A DNA stretch of 56,094 bases, filler included, from Callorhinchus milii (lineage: Eukaryota): NCBI RefSeq assembly GCF_018977255.1. It is 2 parts of 2 records of this genome, joined end to end, with 100 filler letters (N's around TTAATTAATTAA, not from the genome) between each part and the next. Parts side by side here need not be neighbours in the genome. Positions count along the whole stretch, not along the records: positions 28,104 to 56,094 come from NW_024705680.1; 1 more part is not named here. One strand, 5' to 3'. The notes beneath the pieces are model-generated. The model was not told the DNA's origin. It was given only the letters and a program-made list of their open reading frames with translations, and did no database searches. Below, in pieces: positions 49,592 through 56,094 of this stretch (positions within the stretch are counted from its first letter, which is position 1; each line of letters begins with the position of its first letter). The position numbers and the translations under genes were made by a program.

Positions 49592-51025
49592 GTCGTGTAG
49601 AGATGAAGAGGAGACCAACATGGCAGATGGCTGGTGGGTGCCACAGCACTGTTAATTCAGCAGACACCTCACCTACCCCCCCCCCCCCCCCCTCCCCCAA
49701 CACACGCTCATCATCTTGTTACTAAAGTGGACCCTTTCCCCTCTCTCTCCCCCCACCCCCCACAACATGTGTCCGGAGTGCGCTCCGAATCCAGCACATC
49801 CTTAAACCCACTGACAACTCTTCACTGAATCAACTCTTAAACATTGATTGTAGTGGCCTGATTGCCTGCCAACTGTGACCAAAATGTCCTTTACCCTTGC
49901 GCTGTCTCTCTCTCTCTGTTTTTCTCTCCCTCTTTCTCTCTCTCTCCCCCCTTCCTCTCTCTCTCTCTCTCTCTCTCTCCCCCACACTCCCTCTCTCTCT
50001 GTAACTCTTTAGCGTTGACAGTTTTTTTTTTCTTTGCAAAGGACGTCTTACAACCATTCTTTTTCACGTCGAAAAGGAAGGTCGACGTCTTCTCCGCCCG
50101 CCCGCCCGCGCGCACGCACGCCGGCCCGCCCGCGCGCGCGCACGCAAGTCACGTCAGGGCAAGGGTGAAACTCTCTTACGGCGAGAGGAGTCTGCGCGCC
50201 AGAGTCCCGAGTTTGGAGGGTTTTTCGCGCTCATTTTCCAGATCAGAAGCTCGAGTCATCTCCCTTTGGTTCCCCTCTCACCGCGACATCGCATCCTGTC
50301 TCCCTGCGTCGATGGAAATTGATCCCAGCGCAACAGTCGGGATTAATGTGGCCGTTTCCCTCCCCCCCCCCACCCCGAGTCAGTTGCGCCTTGGGTGGTT
50401 TTGCTGACGGCTTCAGCAGCTCATCCCTTTTTTTTCCCCCTCGGCCCCTTGCCTTTGGCGGAGAAGTTCTTCTGTGCGTTTCCTCTCCTCCGTTCTTCCA
50501 AACCCTCCCGCGGGGGAGAGTTTTCCTCCGTCGTGAGCCAACAGCTGCTTACTTCTCTTCAACCCGTCTCCCACTCCGCACCGCAAAGTGTCCACCGTAC
50601 ATCACGCAGTTCACTTACGCCTCTTCTGTTTTATCTCTCCCCCCTCCCCTCCCCTCCCCTCCCTCTCGCTCTCTCTCCCTCCCTCCCTCCCTCGTCTTTT
50701 CCGTAACGAATCATGTCAAAGAAAAAAAAAGAAGAAAAAAATTCGAATAGGATTGTTCTATTTTTTTAACCGCCCCTCGGTCCCCCCTCAACAAAAAAAA
50801 AATCATCTTTCTACCTTTAACGGTGACCAAAAAATATATATATTTTTCTCCCACTTTCTCCTGGTTTCCTCCCCACCCCCCCCTCCCCGCACCGCCCCGG
50901 TAGAATATCACGTAAACTGTTCACGATAATGTCCGCCCGTGATTCACAAAGTGCGCGTCGTTTAAATCAAAACAAAAACCCTGTGGTAATGAAAGGAAAT
51001 AAACTGGTGAATGGAAACTGGAGAG
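49592..51025 (+). other. PRKCSH: Probable non-coding terminal (3' UTR) exon of PRKCSH
   Basis: TACTAAC branch point at 49566-49572, pyrimidine tract and tgcag acceptor (AG 49590-49591); AATAAA at 50998-51003; 3' end approximate. Confidence 0.6.
50998..51003 (+). terminator. Candidate PRKCSH polyadenylation signal AATAAA
   Basis: AATAAA at the end of the putative UTR exon, followed by T/GT-rich sequence and then SINEs. Confidence 0.55.
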
Positions 51026-52794
51026 GATTCTGCTCGAGCTTTGCTCGTCGTGTTTCATGAGCGTCGTTTACGGAGGGTACTCTCTCTCTCTCTCTCTCTC
51101 TCCCTCCCTGTAAACTCGGCGGTTAGACCCCTCGCCTCGCAAGCGAGAGGGACCCGGGTTCGATTCCCACGTGGGTCGGGTCAGGTCGGGGCGAAAGCGT
51201 AGGCGAATTTCCTCACCCCACACGCGCACAGACACCGACGCGCGCGAGCGCACGCGCACGGACGCCTCCGTTTACCTCGCAGCAATTACTCGGTCGATCG
51301 AGTTGGATCGCTTTTCCGGGGGTAATCATCCTTTTTTTTAAAAAAAAAAGATCCGCTCACTACCGTTTGGGGGAAACACTGCTGTGTTTCGGCCGCAGAA
51401 TGCACCGTAAAGTCACTGCGCTGTACGGTACGTTCCGCGGAAGCGCTTTGGAGACGTCTCGAAGACGTGATAATATAATAATAATAATAATAATAATAAC
51501 TCCTTGCATTTGATACAGCGCTTTTCCCGTCTACAGGATACCCTGTAAAGCGAATTGACTGGGAGTTTGTGGGCGAAACGCGGCAGCGTTTTAACAAGAG
51601 GGAGCGACTTAATCAGATTAAAAAGCACAGATAAGGCGCTATATTATTGCCATCGCTGTCGCGCTCTTTCGCTTCGTGCGTCGAGACCGACTCCCTTCGA
51701 GCGGTGACGCTAAGAGTAATAATCCTCACATTCGACCCGGCGTTCGAAGCGCCTCCGGGGATTTCCCGTTCAATATAAGTCTCCGGACGGGGAAGAGGCT
51801 TTCTCGAGTGACCCGATCGGTTGTGTAGAGTGCGACGAACCGCAACACAGCGCAACGACGTCGGACCCAGCGCCTCGTCGCGCCTTCGAGAGACGTCTCG
51901 CAGCGCCTGGCCGCGGGGGCGGAGTGACCGCGCGTTTTTGCCCGCAGCGGGTTCGCGCGCAACCGGCCGCCGCGCTTCGCCCACAAAATGCGCGGTCGGT
52001 TCGCTTTTACAGTGCGTTTTCCCCCCTCGGGAGAGCCCGACTCGTTCGCTGTGTGTGTGTGTGTGTGTGTGTCAGTCGCTCTCTCTCTCTCTCTCTCTCT
52101 CGTCTCTGAGTCAGAAGGTTGTGGGTTCAAACCCCTTCCGACACATCAGGGACTTGGCATCACACGGTCTAAGCCGAGGCTCCAGGGCAGCGCTGGGGGG
52201 GGTGGGGGGGGGGGGGGGGGCGGAGGGAGTCGGCGTTGCATTGCCGGAGAAGACGCCGTCCTTCGGGTGAGACGTTCAGCCTCACTCGCTCCCCGTCTGC
52301 GCCCCGTCTGCGCCTCGTCTGCGCCCCGTCGGGCGGACGTCAAGGACCACAGCGGAGACATCGTCAACGGGGCAGCGAAACCCCCCCCCCCCCCCAACCC
52401 CCGCAATTTTTGGTTGCGAAATCTTAAATTACAAATAAAGAGGGTCACAATACTGTAGTAATAATAATAAAAATAATAATAATAGCGATAACAATCCTCG
52501 CATTTGACGAGACGTCCCCAAAGCGCTTCGCGCTGTAGAGCGGAGTGACTGCGTTTTGTGGGCACTCAACAAACAATTTACATCCGCACAGCGCTTTTCG
52601 CCCGAATTATTCTCTCTGCGAAGGGCTTATGACTCCCCCACCCCCCCCCCCCCACCCCCCCCCCACCCCCCACCCCCCACCCCCCACCCCCCACCACCCC
52701 ACACCCCCGCGGGGAAAAGCGATCCGCCGATCCACTGCCGACCGGGTTCCCGCCGACTGCTTCGCTGAGAAGGAAGAGCAACGCAGAGCGAGAC

Positions 52795-53183
52795 TTTCAA
52801 TAAGATTCTGAACTTTTATTGTTTTGGCATTTAAAGTACAAATTATCAGACAAATTGAATGAAAAATGCTCACATCTTCCACATGTGTAGTAATCCCAGT
52901 AATAAATAGGCTAAAACTATCCGTTGTTTTTTTTTTTTCTCCCACCCCCCCCGCCCGCCCGCCCCCAACATGAAAATCGGCCACAAGTTATCATCCAAAT
53001 AAATATTAAGTTAAAAGGATTGTAAGAATGATTTTTTTTTTTTAACCCCTCATTTTTCCCGCCGCCCGCCCCCCCCCTCCCAACTAAATACGTCAAAGAG
53101 AAATAAAATCTGTACCTCACAACTAACACTTGTTGTACCTTCACTCCGCGGTGTATTGGTTTATGCTAAAAATATGGATCTGC

Positions 53184-53226
<43 letters not shown>

Positions 53227-55180
53227 CTCTCTCGCTCCTCTATTCCCCCTTCTCTCTCTCTCTCCCTCCCTCCCTCCCTCCCTCTGCCCCCCCCCCCCCA
53301 ATTTGCCTCCGCAAGGCATCCGCCGTCCACCCCTCTGCCTCTCTCGCCCGCTCAACCCTTCAGAAATTTTTCAATCAACTCTCGCGCCCGCGCGCGTCTC
53401 TCTCTCTCTCTCTCTGTGCGTCTTTCTCTCGTTCTTTCTCTTTTTCTCTCCACCCCCCCCCACTCACCCCCACCCATCCACCCCCTCCCACCCGCCCCTC
53501 GCTCCCCTTCCCACGACTAACCCCCCCCCCCCCCCCGCCCACCCGAGCGTCGCACAGGAATATAAAATGCTCCGTGAACCACTATTTGTCGGGCCCCGGG
53601 GGGAAAAGAATGAGGTACTTTCAGCATTATAGGTGTCAAATACACACGACATTAACTATTAGGATAGATTGAGAATGTAGTAACAAGACAAAAGTAATAG
53701 CAAAGTCAGGACTAGTGCTCAAAGTAACTTTCTAATACATATTCATACAAATCACAACATATCAGGTCCACTTGACTATGGATAATCATTCTTCCAAGTT
53801 TAACACCTGTTCCCTTTCAGAATAAATTAAGCTTTTTTTTATTCTCTCCCCCACCCCCCAAAAAAAAAAACCCAACCATCTTTATCGGTTCAAAATCCAA
53901 AGTTTCCCTTTTGTTCCGAAACTCTTCCGCCGAACGAAAACGTAATCATATACACAAACGACTTACGATGCAATAAATATTTAAATCCTCTGAATAAGTT
54001 AAAGCTACAGGAAAAAAAACTACGGTTTTATTTTTTTAATGATAATGCACCCCCACCCCCCGCCCGCCCCCCCCACCCCACCCCCCCACCACCACGATCC
54101 CCCCCAATCCCACCCTCCCCCCCCACACCCCCCGCCCCACCCGCCGCCCCACCCGCCAAAAAAAACAACTTTTTTTTTATTTAATAACCTAAATGGTGGC
54201 GATTTTTTTTTAAACTTGTTTTTTTTTTGTTGCGGTCTGTCAGTCAGTAAAGCTACCACAAGTTCGAACGATCATTACACGTAACATTATTGTCTTAAAA
54301 CAAATAAAAAATAGTCTTTTTTTTAACCCCTTTTTTAATTTTTTCTCACTCTCTCCCTCTCCCTCTCTCTCCCTCTCCCTCTTTCTCTCTCCCTCTCCCT
54401 CTCTCTTCAAAACTATTCCTAACAAAGCACTTTCCCCCCCAAATATAACCTAAGAATTTCTGGAGAGATGCGACCACAAACAAATTAAACGACAGCGAAA
54501 GAAGCCAATAAATAAATATTAAAGTTACAAGCGACTTTTTCGTTTTATATATATATTATATTAAAAGAAACGAACCGAAAATTCTAATCGAGAACCACAA
54601 TGTAATTTTCAAGGTTTTTTTTTTATTCCCGCTACGCAACCCCTCTCTCTCTCTCTCTCTCTCTCTTTCTTTCTCTCTTTCTCCCCCTCTTTCTCTCTCT
54701 CTCTCTCTCTCTTCTCTCTCTTTCTCTCCATCTCTTTCTCTGAACAGAAACCCGTGCGGTTAACACGGGTCAAAGGAAATCAGAGAGGGAGAGGGGAGGG
54801 AGGGTGGGGGGGGGGGAGGGGGGGGAGAGAGGGAGAGAGAGATAGAGAAAAAAAAATTAGAATCACCCTATGTATTTCAACATAAAATGAGTCTCTATCG
54901 TCTTTCGAAGACAAAAAAAATCAAATTGCGTGGACATCGATGGCTTAAACGTCCTAAGAGGATCGAGACAAACCGCCGCATCGATAGCGCTCCCACAAAC
55001 GGACAACTCATCTCAAAGGTACGACTGAGAGACAACTTATTATCGTAAAGATATGGCGACGACACTAAATAAATACACTCGAGATCTGCGCTTCAAAAAA
55101 AACAATCGAACCGGTTGATTGAAGGGAACGTTGCCAGGATTTACAACCTCCGCTTGAAAACTGCTTGATCTTTCATTTTG
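52795..55180 (-). other. Long U-rich 3' UTR of a convergent minus-strand gene, probably ELAVL3/HuC by synteny
   Basis: Minus-strand AATAAA at 52815-52820; about 2.4 kb with no SINE copy in a SINE-dense region; A-rich on + strand; ELAVL3 lies tail-to-tail with PRKCSH in human; no coding sequence in the window. Confidence 0.45.
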
Positions 55181-56094
55181 TTCCTTGCGAGGGGTGGGCG
55201 GGTGGTGGTGGGGGTGGGGGTGGTGGGGGGGGGTTGTTTATACAGACAAACCCCCCCCCCCCACCCACCCCTCCCCGTCCCTACCTCCGCACCGCGATCG
55301 CCTTCACTGACCGGCGGGTGGGCCGGTAACTCGAGGACGCAGATTTCAAACGGTTTGTTGAAGGAAACAGAGGGGAGGTTGGGGGGGGTGGGGGTGGGGT
55401 GTGGGGGGGGTGGTGGTGGGGGGGTTGGGGGGGTGCGAGGAGAAATCTTTTAACCCAGCGAGGTGTTGGGATCTGGGATGCGTTGCCTGAAAGGCCGGTG
55501 GAAGCCGACTCGATAGCAACTTTTAAGAGGGAAGCAGATAATTATTTGGGGAGGACAAGTTTGCAGGGCTGTGGGGAGAATGCGGGGGGTGGGGGGGGGG
55601 GCTACGGGGAGAGCGCGGGGGGAATGGGGAGACAGCAGGGTAGTGGGGTTGATCAGGGCTGTGGGGAGAGAGCGGGTGGGGTGAGGGTGGGGGGGGAGTG
55701 GGGTTGATTTGTCAGCTCTTTTCAAAGAGCCGGCACAGACACGATGGACCGAATGGCCTCCATCCTATGATTTGCACCCTCCTCACCCCCCAACCCTGAC
55801 CCCCAGTCTATGTTTAGTGTTTACCCCCCACCCCAAGAAAAAAAAACACACGAAAGGATATCTATTCGTGACCCGTTCAAAGACTGAGCTTAAGAGTCTC
55901 CAAACCCAACTGAGAATTCCATGGAAATCCCAGAGATAGATGGTCGGGATGGAACCCCCCTCTCTCCCTCTCTCTCTCTCTCTCCCTTGGGTGGGTGGCG
56001 GGGGTTAGGGGGTGGGGTGGGGAAGCCCAGAGTGTGCGTTGGTGGGGTGGGGGGTAACTGCTGAGGTCTAACCAACTAAACCCGCACCAAGCTT

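Noticed and set aside
1..56094. Window begins AATTC and ends AAGCTT (EcoRI/HindIII-like ends)
   Set aside because: Internal sites for both enzymes exist and the window appears to be two joined contigs; likely coincidence.

Overview
Vertebrate genomic DNA, most likely a cartilaginous fish (possibly a holocephalan; inferred from repeat families and protein divergence). It appears to be two contigs (1-28003 and 28104-56094) joined by an artificial N44-TTAATTAATTAA-N44 linker. The right contig holds 14 coding exons of PRKCSH (glucosidase II beta, + strand, 5' exons absent, ending in HDEL), a probable GC-AG intron in its 3' UTR, and a convergent repeat-poor U-rich tract that may be the ELAVL3 3' UTR. 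The left contig holds the 3' half of a minus-strand CEACAM-like Ig-superfamily receptor. Its complete ITAM (YTTL-x7-YSDL) only appears after splicing, and its membrane-proximal Ig exon is destroyed by a frameshifting deletion and a SINE. The left contig also has an intronless TGFBR1 kinase retrocopy fragment, CR1 and L2 LINE remnants, and several minisatellites, one packed with E-boxes. Dozens of tRNA-derived SINE copies occur throughout. Almost all ORFs in the supplied track are spurious repeat or microsatellite translations. Exon coordinates were read by hand from splice sites; repeat boundaries are approximate.
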